In this document: positions 9,898-19,504 of the stretch, piece after piece | Layout: each line of letters begins with the position of its first letter | How positions within the stretch are numbered: position 1 is the first letter of the stretch | DNA from: Candidatus Marinacidobacterales bacterium | Lineage (GTDB): Bacteria; Acidobacteriota; Vicinamibacteria; Marinacidobacterales; SMYC01 | Assembly (NCBI GenBank): GCA_965224085.1 | Contig: CBDCYI010000011.1 | Span: forward strand, 1,440,001-1,504,000 | Direction: 5' to 3' | Length of the DNA: 64,000 bases | Made by a program: the position numbers and the translations under genes | The notes under the pieces: generated by a model | Seen by the model: the letters and a program-made list of their open reading frames with translations, nothing else | Database searches by the model: none | What the model was told of the DNA's origin: nothing

Positions 9898-11222
9898 TTT
9901 CAAGAGCGTCCCCGGCACGCCAGATGGCATTCGAAGTGCTGCGAGGCGTCGACCACAGGCGGGGCGAGCCAGCCGCGCTCCTCCATGCCCCTCGATACGC
10001 CACCCTATCCGCCACCGATCGCGACTTGGCCACGGAAATTGCCTACGGCGTGCTCCGCTGGCGCAACAGGCTCGACTTCGATATATCACACCATAGCAAA
10101 AGGCCACTCGAGAAAATCGATGGAAGCATCCTCGCGGCGCTCCGCATCGGCCTCTATCAAATTCGCTTTCTCGATCGCGTCCCCAACCGCGCCGCGGTCG
10201 ATGAGGCCGTGCGCCTGGCGCATGATTTCGATGCTTCGCGGGGGACGGCTTTTGTCAACGCGCTGCTGCGCAAAGCACTTCGCCATCCGGGCGAGCCCGC
10301 GCTGCCGAGCCGGGACGCGGATCCGCTGGGATACCTTCGCGACGGCCTCTCCCATCCTGAATGGCTCGTCCGACGCTATGTCGAGAAGCTAGGGCTCGAC
10401 GACGCGGAGACCCGTTGTCGCCGGCAGAACGAGCCGCCTCCCGTCTACGTGCGCATCTCGCGCCGAATCGACCTCGACAGAGCGCAGGCGCAACTCGGCG
10501 TCGAGTCCGAGCGCGTCGCGATCTTGCCCCATGGTTTGCGAGCCGATTCAGGAAAACTGCGGGGCAGCAAACTGTTCAAGGAAGGTCTCGCGCTCGTTCA
10601 AGATGCCGGGGCGCAACTCATCCCGCACCTTCTCGAGCCAACGGAAGACGATGTCGTTCTCGATGTGTGCGCGGCCCCGGGTGGCAAAGCGACCGCTCTC
10701 GCGGAGATCGCCCATCGCGGCAGCATCATCGCGCTCGATCGAAGACGGTGGCGCGCCGTCGTGATGCGGGATTTGGCTTCAGAGCTCGGTGTCACGAACC
10801 TCGCCGCCGTCGCCGCGGACGGCCGCAAGCTCCCACTGACGCGACCGTTTCATCGCATTCTCCTCGATGCGCCCTGCTCGAGTCTCGGTACGCTGCGGCA
10901 CAATCCCGACATCAAGTGGCGCGTGGCGGAAAAAGATTTAGAGCGTCACCAGGAGCTGCAATTGCAGCTCCTGCGCGCTTCCGCGCGCGCCCTCAAACGC
11001 GGAGGCAGGCTCGTCTACGCGACGTGCTCCACCGAGCGCGAGGAGAACCAAGACGTGGTCGGCGCGTTTGTCGACAGCATGCCCGGCTTTCGCGTCGTAC
11101 CGGCACATGAATCGCTACCTGAAGGAGCGCGACACCTCGTCTCGTCGGGCGGCTTTTTCGAGACGACGCCCGAGAGGGACGACACGGATGCCTATTTCGC
11201 AGCCATTTTGACACGTGAGTGA
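9894..11222 (+). CDS. rsmB: 16S rRNA m5C967 methyltransferase
   Basis: NusB-like N-terminus (FVNALLR), DVCAAPGGK, LLDAPCS, YATCS. Confidence 0.93.
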   Translation: MVSRASPARQMAFEVLRGVDHRRGEPAALLHAPRYATLSATDRDLATEIAYGVLRWRNRLDFDISHHSKRPLEKIDGSILAALRIGLYQIRFLDRVPNRAAVDEAVRLAHDFDASRGTAFVNALLRKALRHPGEPALPSRDADPLGYLRDGLSHPEWLVRRYVEKLGLDDAETRCRRQNEPPPVYVRISRRIDLDRAQAQLGVESERVAILPHGLRADSGKLRGSKLFKEGLALVQDAGAQLIPHLLEPTEDDVVLDVCAAPGGKATALAEIAHRGSIIALDRRRWRAVVMRDLASELGVTNLAAVAADGRKLPLTRPFHRILLDAPCSSLGTLRHNPDIKWRVAEKDLERHQELQLQLLRASARALKRGGRLVYATCSTEREENQDVVGAFVDSMPGFRVVPAHESLPEGARHLVSSGGFFETTPERDDTDAYFAAILTRE

Positions 11223-11304
11223 ACTAGTGCCCGGATTCCGGTTACGTGATCTTGCCTTTCGGCTCGCATGGCTTCTGATCTTCGAGGCGAGATAGAATAC
11301 GGGT

Positions 11305-12147
11305 GTGAGCAGCAAGCACCGCGCCGGCGAGCGCGGCCTGGGCAAAGATACGCCTACGCCGACATCGAAGCAGGGACGTGGCCGCGTCGCTACGAACACC
11401 ACCTTGAAAGGTAAGAAAGTTCGCACCGTCTTCGTGCGGATGGTAGAGACGCTCGCCATCGCCGGGGGCGTACTCGCGACGGCCGTGATCGCAGCTGCCG
11501 TGTCCTTCAGCCTCGCGGTCCGAAGCAACGACGTCATTGTCCCGGACCTGTCCGGCGCGAGCCTCGATGGCGCGCGTGAAATGCTCGCCACGGCCGAGCT
11601 CACGCTCGTGCTTCGGGGAAACCGCTTTCACGACTCGGTCCCGCCGGATTTCGTTGCGCTCCAGACGCCGGCCGCTGGGACGACGCTTCGGAAAGGCCGC
11701 TCGATACGAGTCTGGGCCAGCCTAGGTCCCGAGCGACGCACGGTGCCGCGGGTGGAGGGAGAGACACTGCAATCGGCGCAGCTCATCCTCGAGCAGTCGG
11801 GCTTCAGCCTCGGACGCGTCGTCGAGATCCACAGCGACATCTACGCGCCCGATACGGTCGTCGCACAAGCACCGCAGGCTTATGACGAGATCGGCGACGA
11901 GACCGTCGTGTCCGTGCTACTTTCCCGTGGTTACCTGGAGGAAGGCTTCGTGATGCCCGACTTCATCGGCCAGGACTATGTCGAGCTCCTCGACAGGCTG
12001 AGCCGAAGCTCGCTCAGAGTCTCTCAAGTCAGGTTCGTCGATTATCCAGGCGTTTCGAAGAACGTGGTCGTGCGCCAGTCCCCATCATCGGGCACGAAAG
12101 TGTTCAGGAGCGACCGTATCATTCTTTATTTGAGCAAAGGTCCGTAA
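11305..12147 (+). CDS. PASTA domain-containing membrane protein (start uncertain)
   Basis: One TM helix then three VPDL/VPRV/MPDF...Q-x-P repeats; rsmB-PASTA-rpe context. Confidence 0.85.
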   Translation: MSSKHRAGERGLGKDTPTPTSKQGRGRVATNTTLKGKKVRTVFVRMVETLAIAGGVLATAVIAAAVSFSLAVRSNDVIVPDLSGASLDGAREMLATAELTLVLRGNRFHDSVPPDFVALQTPAAGTTLRKGRSIRVWASLGPERRTVPRVEGETLQSAQLILEQSGFSLGRVVEIHSDIYAPDTVVAQAPQAYDEIGDETVVSVLLSRGYLEEGFVMPDFIGQDYVELLDRLSRSSLRVSQVRFVDYPGVSKNVVVRQSPSSGTKVFRSDRIILYLSKGP

Positions 12148-12150
12148 GCC

Positions 12151-12807
12151 ATGCGCATCGCTCCATCGATTCTATCCGCCGATTTCAGAAAGCTCGCTTC
12201 CGAGATTGAGCGCGTGGACAAGGCGGGAGCCGGCCAGCTCCACCTCGATGTCATGGACGGCCACTACGTGCCGAACCTGACTTTCGGACCGATGATCGTC
12301 GCGGCCGTACGCGAATGCACGTCGTTACCGCTCGACGTGCATCTGATGGTCGAGCATGCCGATCGTTGGGTGGAAGCGTTCATCGATGCGGGGGCGGACA
12401 TGATCGCCGTGCATCCGGAGACCCTCTACCATCCGCATCTTGTATTGAGCTCCATCAGAAAACGCGGGAAAAAAGCTGGCATCGCGTTGAACCCCGGCCT
12501 ATCCTTCTCGACGATTGAGGCTCTCCTCCCTCTCGCGGACTATGCCATTATCATGTCGGTGAACCCGGGGTGGGGTGGACAGAATTTCATCGAAGGCAGC
12601 TTCGAAAGAGCGCGCGAGCTCCGTCGTGTCGCCGATGCCGCCGGCACCGAGCTCTCCATCGAGATCGATGGAGGGATGAACGCCAAGAGGATATCGATGG
12701 CTGCCGAGGCAGGTGTCGATGTCGTGATCGCCGGCTCCGCTGTCTTCAAAGCGGAGGACCCCGCTTCGGTCCTGCGCGACATGGTGCTCGCAGCCACCGA
12801 AGCCTGA
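12151..12807 (+). CDS. rpe: Ribulose-phosphate 3-epimerase
   Basis: IAPSILSADF, HLDVMDGH, DVHLM, MSVNPG, EIDGG. Confidence 0.97.
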   Translation: MRIAPSILSADFRKLASEIERVDKAGAGQLHLDVMDGHYVPNLTFGPMIVAAVRECTSLPLDVHLMVEHADRWVEAFIDAGADMIAVHPETLYHPHLVLSSIRKRGKKAGIALNPGLSFSTIEALLPLADYAIIMSVNPGWGGQNFIEGSFERARELRRVADAAGTELSIEIDGGMNAKRISMAAEAGVDVVIAGSAVFKAEDPASVLRDMVLAATEA

Positions 12808-12815
12808 ACCCCACT

Positions 12816-13214
12816 TTGCGCAAGATCAGCTGTCAAGTACGTGTCCGCTATGCGGAAACCGACGCAATGGGCGTCGTTTACTACGCCAACTATTTGGCGT
12901 GGTTCGAGGTGGGTCGCTGTGACTTGCTCCGGCAGCTCGGCTCGAGCTATCGGGAGATCGAGCGCGAGGACAAGATCTACCTTCCAGTCGTCGAAGCACA
13001 TTGCCGCTATAAGAGCCCGGCGCGCTACGACGACGTTATCGAGATTCGAACGACGGTGAGCCGGCCATCGCGGGCCCGCATTCGATTCGATTACGAGCTC
13101 GCGCGCCTCGATGATCAAACGGTTGTCGCGACCGGCTCAACCCTCCACGTCGCTACCACCAGGGACGGCAAACCTTGCAAGCTACCAGAAAGACTAACGG
13201 AGTTGTTCGCATGA
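12816..13214 (+). CDS. Acyl-CoA thioesterase (YbgC/4HBT family)
   Basis: RVRYAETDAMGVVYYANYLAWFEVGR; TTG start inferred. Confidence 0.9.
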   Translation: MRKISCQVRVRYAETDAMGVVYYANYLAWFEVGRCDLLRQLGSSYREIEREDKIYLPVVEAHCRYKSPARYDDVIEIRTTVSRPSRARIRFDYELARLDDQTVVATGSTLHVATTRDGKPCKLPERLTELFA

Positions 13215-14149
13215 AAACATCTCTCGTCACCGGCGCAGCCGGATTCATCGGCTCCACGCTCGCTGAGACGCTCGTCGCGAGCGGAGACAGTGTCGTTGGT
13301 ATCGACTCGTTCCTCGACTATTATGATCGGAGCCTGAAGGAGAAGAACCTCGAAAAGCTTCGGGAGAGCGACCGGTTCGAGCTCATCGAGGGATCTATCC
13401 AAGATCAAGACCTAGAAACGCTCTTGAGACGATGCGACCGTCTGTTTCATCTCGCGGCGCAGGCCGGGGTGCGCGCCAGCTGGGGCAGCGAGTTCTCGAT
13501 TTATACAACCAACAATATCCTCGCCACTCAAAAACTTCTCGAAGCCGCCATCAGCTCGGAGCTCTCGTCCTTTGTCTTCGCCTCTTCGTCGTCGGTTTAC
13601 GGCGACTGTGCGGCACTTCCCATGGTCGAAGACGTGCCGCTTCACCCGGTCTCGCCTTATGGCGTCAGCAAGCTCGCAGCCGAAAAACTCGTCGAGCTCT
13701 ATAACATCAACCATGGCCTGAGCACGGCGTCGTTGCGCTACTTCACTGTCTACGGGCCTCGCCAGCGCCCCGACATGGCGTTTCACCGACTCTTGAAATG
13801 CGCAAAGACGGGCGACACTTTTTCGCTTTTCGGGGATGGCCGTCAAACGCGCGATTTCACTTTCGTGACCGACGCGGTGGCCGCGACGATCGCCGCATCG
13901 GAGCGGGGCCGCGCCGGTGCCGTCTACAACATCGGCGGCGGCTCGCGGGTCTCGATGCTCGAAGTCATCGACACCATCCAAGACGTGACGGATAGCGAAG
14001 TAAAGATCGATTTCAACCCGAAGCAAAAAGGTGACATGCGCGACACCTACGCGGACACGTCGGCGGCGCAAACGGACCTCGGCTACGCGCCGTCAACCCG
14101 CCTGCGCCAAGGTTTGGACCAGGAGTGGGAGTGGATTCGAAGCTTGTAG
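13211..14149 (+). CDS. NAD-dependent epimerase/dehydratase (UDP-glucuronate 4-epimerase-like)
   Basis: GAAGFIG, HLAAQAGVR, SSSSVYG, YGVSK, YFTVYGPRQRPDMA. Confidence 0.92.
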   Translation: MKTSLVTGAAGFIGSTLAETLVASGDSVVGIDSFLDYYDRSLKEKNLEKLRESDRFELIEGSIQDQDLETLLRRCDRLFHLAAQAGVRASWGSEFSIYTTNNILATQKLLEAAISSELSSFVFASSSSVYGDCAALPMVEDVPLHPVSPYGVSKLAAEKLVELYNINHGLSTASLRYFTVYGPRQRPDMAFHRLLKCAKTGDTFSLFGDGRQTRDFTFVTDAVAATIAASERGRAGAVYNIGGGSRVSMLEVIDTIQDVTDSEVKIDFNPKQKGDMRDTYADTSAAQTDLGYAPSTRLRQGLDQEWEWIRSL

Positions 14150-14255
14150 AGTGTTCGGAGAGCGGTTTTCGACATAGGACGTTGCGACCGGGCCCCGGCT
14201 CGTCTATTCTGATGCATTGGTGCGCGATTGCTCAAAAGCATATGATGAAGGATTG

Positions 14256-15074
14256 ATGAGAATCAGTTTGGCGTTGAAGCTTTCCCGGCTCCTTTTGACG
14301 GCTGCGCTCGCATCGAGTGTTGCCTGCAGCGGCAAGTCGAATCAAGCGATCCCGGTTTCAGCCCAAGGCGATCAACGCTTGATGGCGTTGGGACGGAGCG
14401 CTCTCGAGAACAAGAAGTGGACCGAAGCACGCGGCTATTTGCAACAGCTTTTGGACGCCTATCCTCGCAGCCAGCTGGCGGGAGATGCGCGGCTCGGGAT
14501 CGCGGACTCCTATTTCAACGAGAAGGGCAGAAGCAGCCTCATCCTCGCGATCGCGGAGTTTCGCGACTTCCTCACCTTCTTCCCGAATCACCCCCGTGCC
14601 GATTACGCGCAGTATCAAATCGGCTACGGGCACTACCGGCAAATCCATAGTCCCGATCGTGACCAGGAGCCGACGGAGCTCGCTGTCGAAGAGTTCGAAA
14701 AGCTCATCGAGCTCTACAGGAACTCCCGCTACGCGGAAGAGGGGCGGGTGCTGCTCGAGGAGTGCTACGAGACGCTCGCCGAGTCCGAGTTCCGCATCGG
14801 GTTGTTCTATTTGGAGATTCGAAAACATTGTCGCGCCTCGATCCCGCGCTTCCAACGAGTGATCGACAACTTCCCGACGTTCACCAAAATGGACGAGGTG
14901 CACTTTCGCATCGGATCCGCCTATGACAAGTGCCGGCAACCTGAGCAAGCGCTCCCTCACTTCCGTCAGATCGTGGACCATTTCCCCGAGAGCCTCTATC
15001 GCGAAGAGGCGCAAACGATGCTCGCCACCATCCAGGTGGAGAACACTGGCGAGCCCAAGAAGCCGCCGCAATGA
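14256..15074 (+). CDS. bamD: Outer membrane protein assembly lipoprotein BamD
   Basis: Lipobox VAC, TPRs, FPNHPRADYAQY, DRDQ motif. Confidence 0.9.
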   Translation: MRISLALKLSRLLLTAALASSVACSGKSNQAIPVSAQGDQRLMALGRSALENKKWTEARGYLQQLLDAYPRSQLAGDARLGIADSYFNEKGRSSLILAIAEFRDFLTFFPNHPRADYAQYQIGYGHYRQIHSPDRDQEPTELAVEEFEKLIELYRNSRYAEEGRVLLEECYETLAESEFRIGLFYLEIRKHCRASIPRFQRVIDNFPTFTKMDEVHFRIGSAYDKCRQPEQALPHFRQIVDHFPESLYREEAQTMLATIQVENTGEPKKPPQ

Positions 15075-15144
15075 TCTTCGCCGACACTTTTTTTGCTCTC
15101 GCAGACCCTCAAGTACCACTTTAGCCGTTCCATGGAAAAACTGC

Positions 15145-15174
15145 TTGACACCTGCCAGATCGAGCTGTTAGAGT
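15145..15174 (+). promoter_or_regulatory. Putative sigma70 promoter of the LysM gene
   Basis: TTGACA-18 bp-TAGAGT with TG extended -10, ~40 bp upstream of a GGAGG RBS/GTG start. Confidence 0.6.
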
Positions 15175-15214
15175 TATTGTAAATCTTCGTTTCCTTACTA
15201 CGTGGAGGTATGCC

Positions 15215-16420
15215 GTGACGACGCGAGCATCCCGGACTGTTTCCAAAGGTCCGGTTCCCCCCAACCCTCGCTCTCGAGCGCTCTTCGAGACATCTGGCTT
15301 TCTGGCCGTTTGCTTTCTAGCTGCAAGCACGTTGGCCCTGGCGGCTCAGGACGCGCGCGATGACGCGCAAGCGATCGTCATTGCCGAGCACTGGTCGCCC
15401 TACCAGGCACCGACGAGCTACCCCGAGGGCACCCAGCTCCACATAATTGTCGACGGCGACACGCTCTGGGCAATCTCCGGGCAATATTTGGGCAATCCTT
15501 ATCTCTGGCCGCAGTTGTGGGACGCGAACCGCTACATCGATGACCCGCACCTTATCTACCCGGGAGACCCCGTCATGATCCCCGACGTGGAGATGGTGCG
15601 CCCTGGTGATGTGGCCGGCGAGCCCGGCGCGGCAGGGGGCCCAGGCGGTACGACGGGAGACCCGGGCGCGGCTGGTACGGGTGCCCCTGGTGCTGGCGAC
15701 CCCGGCACGAGTCCCGGAGCTGGTCAACCGGGCGCCGGGCCACTAGGGCCCACGTTCTACCCTGCTTATGAAGAGCACACCATAGCTTGCGCTGGCTTCT
15801 ATTACGAGAACGAGGATGACGATTTTCGCATCATCGGAACCGAAGAAGGCAGTGCAAGGGTCGGCTACTCTGTCGGTGACATCGTGTATTTGAATCGTGG
15901 CACGAATCAGAGTGTCAACGCCGGCGACCGTTTCTTCGCCCAGCGCATCATCAACTTCAGCTGGGGGATGAATGGCCGCCACGTCCGGCGCACCGGCCTT
16001 GTCGTCGTCCTCGCCGCTCAAGCCGACAGCTCATTGGCCGAGATCGTCGCTTCGTGCATGGATATGCAGGTCGGCGACTTCCTGATGCCGTATAGTCCAA
16101 TCCCCGTGCCACTTCTTCCTGCGCAGCCCGCCGCAACACGCTTGACGCCGGAGACGGGCGAGATGCGAGGTGAGATCGTGGCGTCGCTCGAAGAAATCAC
16201 TTCGCTCGGCGAAGGTTACCTCGTGAGTATCGACGTGGGTGAGGACGACGGCGTGGTGCCGGGCAACTTGTTCACGGTCTTTCGCTATCTCCACCGGGAC
16301 GCGCCACGGAAGGTCCTCGGTGAGCTCGCCGTCTTGACGGTACAACGACAGCACGCCACCGCCAGAATAATGGAAAGCTACGACTTCATGATAGTCGGGG
16401 ATTTGATCGAGCTCAAGTAG
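15215..16420 (+). CDS. LysM peptidoglycan-binding protein
   Basis: GDTLWAIS..YLGNPYLWPQLWDANRYIDDPHLIYPGD; Gly/Pro-rich linker; signal peptide. Confidence 0.9.
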   Translation: MTTRASRTVSKGPVPPNPRSRALFETSGFLAVCFLAASTLALAAQDARDDAQAIVIAEHWSPYQAPTSYPEGTQLHIIVDGDTLWAISGQYLGNPYLWPQLWDANRYIDDPHLIYPGDPVMIPDVEMVRPGDVAGEPGAAGGPGGTTGDPGAAGTGAPGAGDPGTSPGAGQPGAGPLGPTFYPAYEEHTIACAGFYYENEDDDFRIIGTEEGSARVGYSVGDIVYLNRGTNQSVNAGDRFFAQRIINFSWGMNGRHVRRTGLVVVLAAQADSSLAEIVASCMDMQVGDFLMPYSPIPVPLLPAQPAATRLTPETGEMRGEIVASLEEITSLGEGYLVSIDVGEDDGVVPGNLFTVFRYLHRDAPRKVLGELAVLTVQRQHATARIMESYDFMIVGDLIELK

Positions 16421-16458
16421 CGACGCATCTAGTCTGGATCGCGGGCGCGGAGCGTGCG

Positions 16459-16824
16459 TTAGCGCGCGAGCTTCGCGGCTCTCCAAACGTCGCCAAGATG
16501 AACCGAGATTCCGTTCTCGGTGACGACCGCGTCGCCCGGGACGAGCTCTCGAAGCCACCGTGCGCGGTGTTTCTGAAACTCCTCGAACGGCAAGCTCAAG
16601 CCCACGGCCTCCCATTGCCGCTGAGCCTCGTAGCGGCGCGCCACGAGCGTGTTCCAAACGCCACCGACTTGGGCATCCACGGCGAGAACGTCTATCCACT
16701 CCGGGCGCTTAGCCCCCAGGAGCACGCCTCTCTCTCCCAACAACGTGCGCTCGGCATCCGGCCCGATATAGACCCGAGGGACTTTCTCGAGCAGTCTGTG
16801 CGCTGCGGGCGTCACTCGGGTCAT
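16459..16824 (-). CDS. Hypothetical protein, possibly a degenerate JAB/MPN fold
   Basis: ATGA overlap with the pgsA stop; host-like codon use; ERGVLLG...IDV pattern. Confidence 0.6.
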   Translation of the reverse strand: MTRVTPAAHRLLEKVPRVYIGPDAERTLLGERGVLLGAKRPEWIDVLAVDAQVGGVWNTLVARRYEAQRQWEAVGLSLPFEEFQKHRARWLRELVPGDAVVTENGISVHLGDVWRAAKLAR

Positions 16825-17399
16825 TCGATGCTTCCGGCTTGACTTCCAACTGGGAGCTCTCCGGAGACGTTCTTGTAGAAGCGGAAGAAGTAATCGAGCC
16901 CGGACAAAAGGGCCAAGATGACGGTAAGCCACAGAGCGACAGGGCCGAGCACCGCGAGGGGGCCCATGAACTTCTCACCCAGGATCAAAAGAAGAATCGC
17001 GACGACTTGTGTCGCCATTTTTCCTTTTCCCAAGGGGCTCGCGGGTATCGTGATGCCTTGCTGTACGGCAAGCATGCGCAGCCCCATCACGGCGAACTCG
17101 CGGCCCACGATGACCACGACCATCCACGCGGGCGCTAGCTCCATCTGCACTAGGCTGATGAACGCCGCCGATATCAGCATCTTGTCGGCGACGGGATCCA
17201 ACATGATCCCGAGCGTCGTGACCTGTTTGCGCCGCCGCGCTAGATATCCGTCGAGCCAATCCGTGAGGGCCGCGACACCGAAGATCGCAGCGCCGATAAG
17301 CTCCCAGAAATCCGCGCGCGTGAGGAGCACGACGACGAGCAGCGGCACGAGAAAGATGCGGCTCAGCGTGAGGGCGTTCGGCAAGTTCGGAAGCGTCAT
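16821..17399 (-). CDS. pgsA: CDP-diacylglycerol--glycerol-3-phosphate 3-phosphatidyltransferase
   Basis: PNALTLSRI, DWLDGYLAR...G...DPVADK motif. Confidence 0.95.
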   Translation of the reverse strand: MTLPNLPNALTLSRIFLVPLLVVVLLTRADFWELIGAAIFGVAALTDWLDGYLARRRKQVTTLGIMLDPVADKMLISAAFISLVQMELAPAWMVVVIVGREFAVMGLRMLAVQQGITIPASPLGKGKMATQVVAILLLILGEKFMGPLAVLGPVALWLTVILALLSGLDYFFRFYKNVSGELPVGSQAGSIE

Positions 17400-17657
17400 C
17401 GTATCGAGGGGGCGGAAAACACTTTCAGCGTTATTGTACTCTACTACTAATGCGTGCCTGCTTGGGTTTGCAGCAACAAACTCCAACCGCACAAGCGCAC
17501 CGATCGCGGAGATTCTCTCAAATGATCCAGGGTGGTCTCTGCGTTCTCCGCGCAGATTCATTTTTGTTGCGCAGGAGCCGCCAAGCAATGGGAGGCATAG
17601 CTTGAAGGGCGATCCTTCGAGTGCTAGGATCCGCGCGCATTAGAGAACGGAAGACTC

Positions 17658-18731
17658 ATGAACGCTGTAATTCTTGCGGGAGGCAAAGGGACAAGACTGC
17701 GTCCTCTGACGCTCAATACTCCCAAACCCATCGTCCCCATTCTCACCCGCCCATTCCTGTCGCTGCAAATCGAGCTTCTCAAGAAAACCGGGATCGACAA
17801 CATCGTCCTTTCCCTGTCCTATCAGCCTCGGCGCATCGAAGAGTTGTTTGGTGACGGTTCGGCTCTCGGCGTCAAGATCCACTACACGATGGAGCCCGAG
17901 CCTCTCGGCACTGCCGGCGCCGTCAAGAATGCAGAGTCCTTGCTCGCTGGTCGCACGGTTGTTTTCAACGGCGACGTCTTGAGCGATCTCGATCTCGCGG
18001 AGGTGCTGAAGCAGCATGAAGAGACCGGGGCGAAAGCGACGATCGTACTCACACCCGTAGAGAATCCGAGCGCCTATGGGCTCGTGGAGACAGAAGTTGA
18101 TGGCCGCGTCCGGCAATTCCTGGAGAAGCCGAGCTATGACGAGATTACGTGCGACACGATCAACGCCGGTGTCTACGTCCTCGAGCCGGAGACCCTGGAC
18201 TTCATCCCCAAAGGAGAGAGCTATTCCTTCGAACGCGGTTTTTTCCCGAATCTACTGAAAGACAACATCCCGTTCTATGCCTACGTGCATCGCGGCTATT
18301 GGATTGACATCGGCACCCCGGAGAAATATTTGCGAGTGCACCGCGACATTCTGTCCCGAGCCCTTCCCTTCGAAAGCTTCAGCCCGAATGCGGGTGGAAC
18401 CTATGTCGACCCGACAGCGATGGTCGAAAGCGGGGCCAGAATACAAGGCCCCGGATATATCGGCGAAGGTGCGCTCGTGAAGGCCGGAGCTCAACTCGAA
18501 CCGTTCGCGGTCGTGGGGCCCAACTGCCGGATCGAGTCGGAAGCCATTTTGGGCAATTCGGTGCTTTGGTCCAATGTGCGCATCGGCACCGAAGCGCGGG
18601 TGCGTGGTGCACTCATCGGCCGCAGCGCTCATATCGGGCATCGCTCGGTTCTCGATGGCAGCGTCGTTCTCGGAGACAAGTCCGTACTCACGGATTTCAG
18701 CCGTGTGACTGCGCTAGACGCTGACGGGTGA
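17658..18731 (+). CDS. NDP-sugar synthase (mannose-1-phosphate guanylyltransferase-like)
   Basis: LAGGKGTRLRPLT..PKP, EPLGTAG, FLEKP, WIDIGT, C-terminal hexapeptide repeats. Confidence 0.92.
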   Translation: MNAVILAGGKGTRLRPLTLNTPKPIVPILTRPFLSLQIELLKKTGIDNIVLSLSYQPRRIEELFGDGSALGVKIHYTMEPEPLGTAGAVKNAESLLAGRTVVFNGDVLSDLDLAEVLKQHEETGAKATIVLTPVENPSAYGLVETEVDGRVRQFLEKPSYDEITCDTINAGVYVLEPETLDFIPKGESYSFERGFFPNLLKDNIPFYAYVHRGYWIDIGTPEKYLRVHRDILSRALPFESFSPNAGGTYVDPTAMVESGARIQGPGYIGEGALVKAGAQLEPFAVVGPNCRIESEAILGNSVLWSNVRIGTEARVRGALIGRSAHIGHRSVLDGSVVLGDKSVLTDFSRVTALDADG

Positions 18732-18760
18732 AGAGCTGGTGTATACTTCTGTTCGAACGA

Positions 18761-18836
18761 GCGGGTGTAGCTCAGTTGGTAGAGTACAAGCTTCCCAAGC
18801 TTGGTGTCGCGGGTTCGAGTCCCGTCGCCCGCTCCA
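18761..18836 (+). tRNA. tRNA-Gly (CCC)
   Basis: 76-nt cloverleaf GCGGGTG...CGCCCGC-TCCA; anticodon arm CAAGC-TTCCCAA-GCTTG; T-loop GGTTCGAGTCC. Confidence 0.97.
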
Positions 18837-18960
18837 AAGACTCGCCACGGCTCGAGCGCTCGTTCTCACCGCGCGCGCGTGGAGCCTTTGGTTAGGGCCG
18901 CCTTGCGCACCAAGCTGTCGAGTGGAGGGCTAGGCCAGGCCCGAGCTGGAAGGAGGATTC

Positions 18961-19452
18961 GTGGGAATCTTTAGTGGAAAAACGGAGAACAAGCCGGCTC
19001 CGGCCGCTGCGCAACCGGTACGCGAGCGGACGCCGAGCACGCCGAAGCCTTCCGGGCAACCGGCCACGGTCATCGGCAAGGAGGCGCTCGTCAAAGGCGA
19101 GCTCACCAGCAAGAACGAGATGGTGATCGAAGGCCGTGTCGAAGGCACCATCCAGGGGGAACAGCGTGTCGTGATCGGCGAGGCCGGCAACGTCCAAGCC
19201 GACATTTCTGCAACTGTCGTATCCATCCGGGGAGAGGTCTACGGCGACTGCACGGCGTCCGACAAGATCGAGATCACCGAGACGGGCAAAGTGTTCGGCA
19301 ATATTTCGGCCAAGACCATCCGCGTCGCCGAGGGCGCCATCTTCCGCGGTTCGAGCAAGATGGCGAAACCGCCGAAGTCGAAGCAACCACAGCGCAAACC
19401 AACCGAGACCCCGCCCAGCGACAACCCGACGCCTCCGTCGCGCGCAAACTGA
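18961..19452 (+). CDS. Bactofilin (polymer-forming cytoskeletal protein)
   Basis: TVIG...VKGEL...IEGRVEGTI...GNI...GAIFRG beta-helix with Pro-rich tails; GGAGG RBS. Confidence 0.92.
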   Translation: MGIFSGKTENKPAPAAAQPVRERTPSTPKPSGQPATVIGKEALVKGELTSKNEMVIEGRVEGTIQGEQRVVIGEAGNVQADISATVVSIRGEVYGDCTASDKIEITETGKVFGNISAKTIRVAEGAIFRGSSKMAKPPKSKQPQRKPTETPPSDNPTPPSRAN

Positions 19453-19504
19453 AGCGGCCGATTCACGGTCGAGGCCCATCCGTTAACGTAAGGATTCAGC
19501 ACGA

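Noticed and set aside
15600-15750. Gly/Pro/Ala repeats in the LysM gene as a collagen-like or repeat element
   Set aside because: Irregular low-complexity linker with no strict Gly-X-Y period
18761-18900. tRNA-Gly as an island integration site
   Set aside because: No integrase follows and I saw no repeat of the tRNA 3' end in the window
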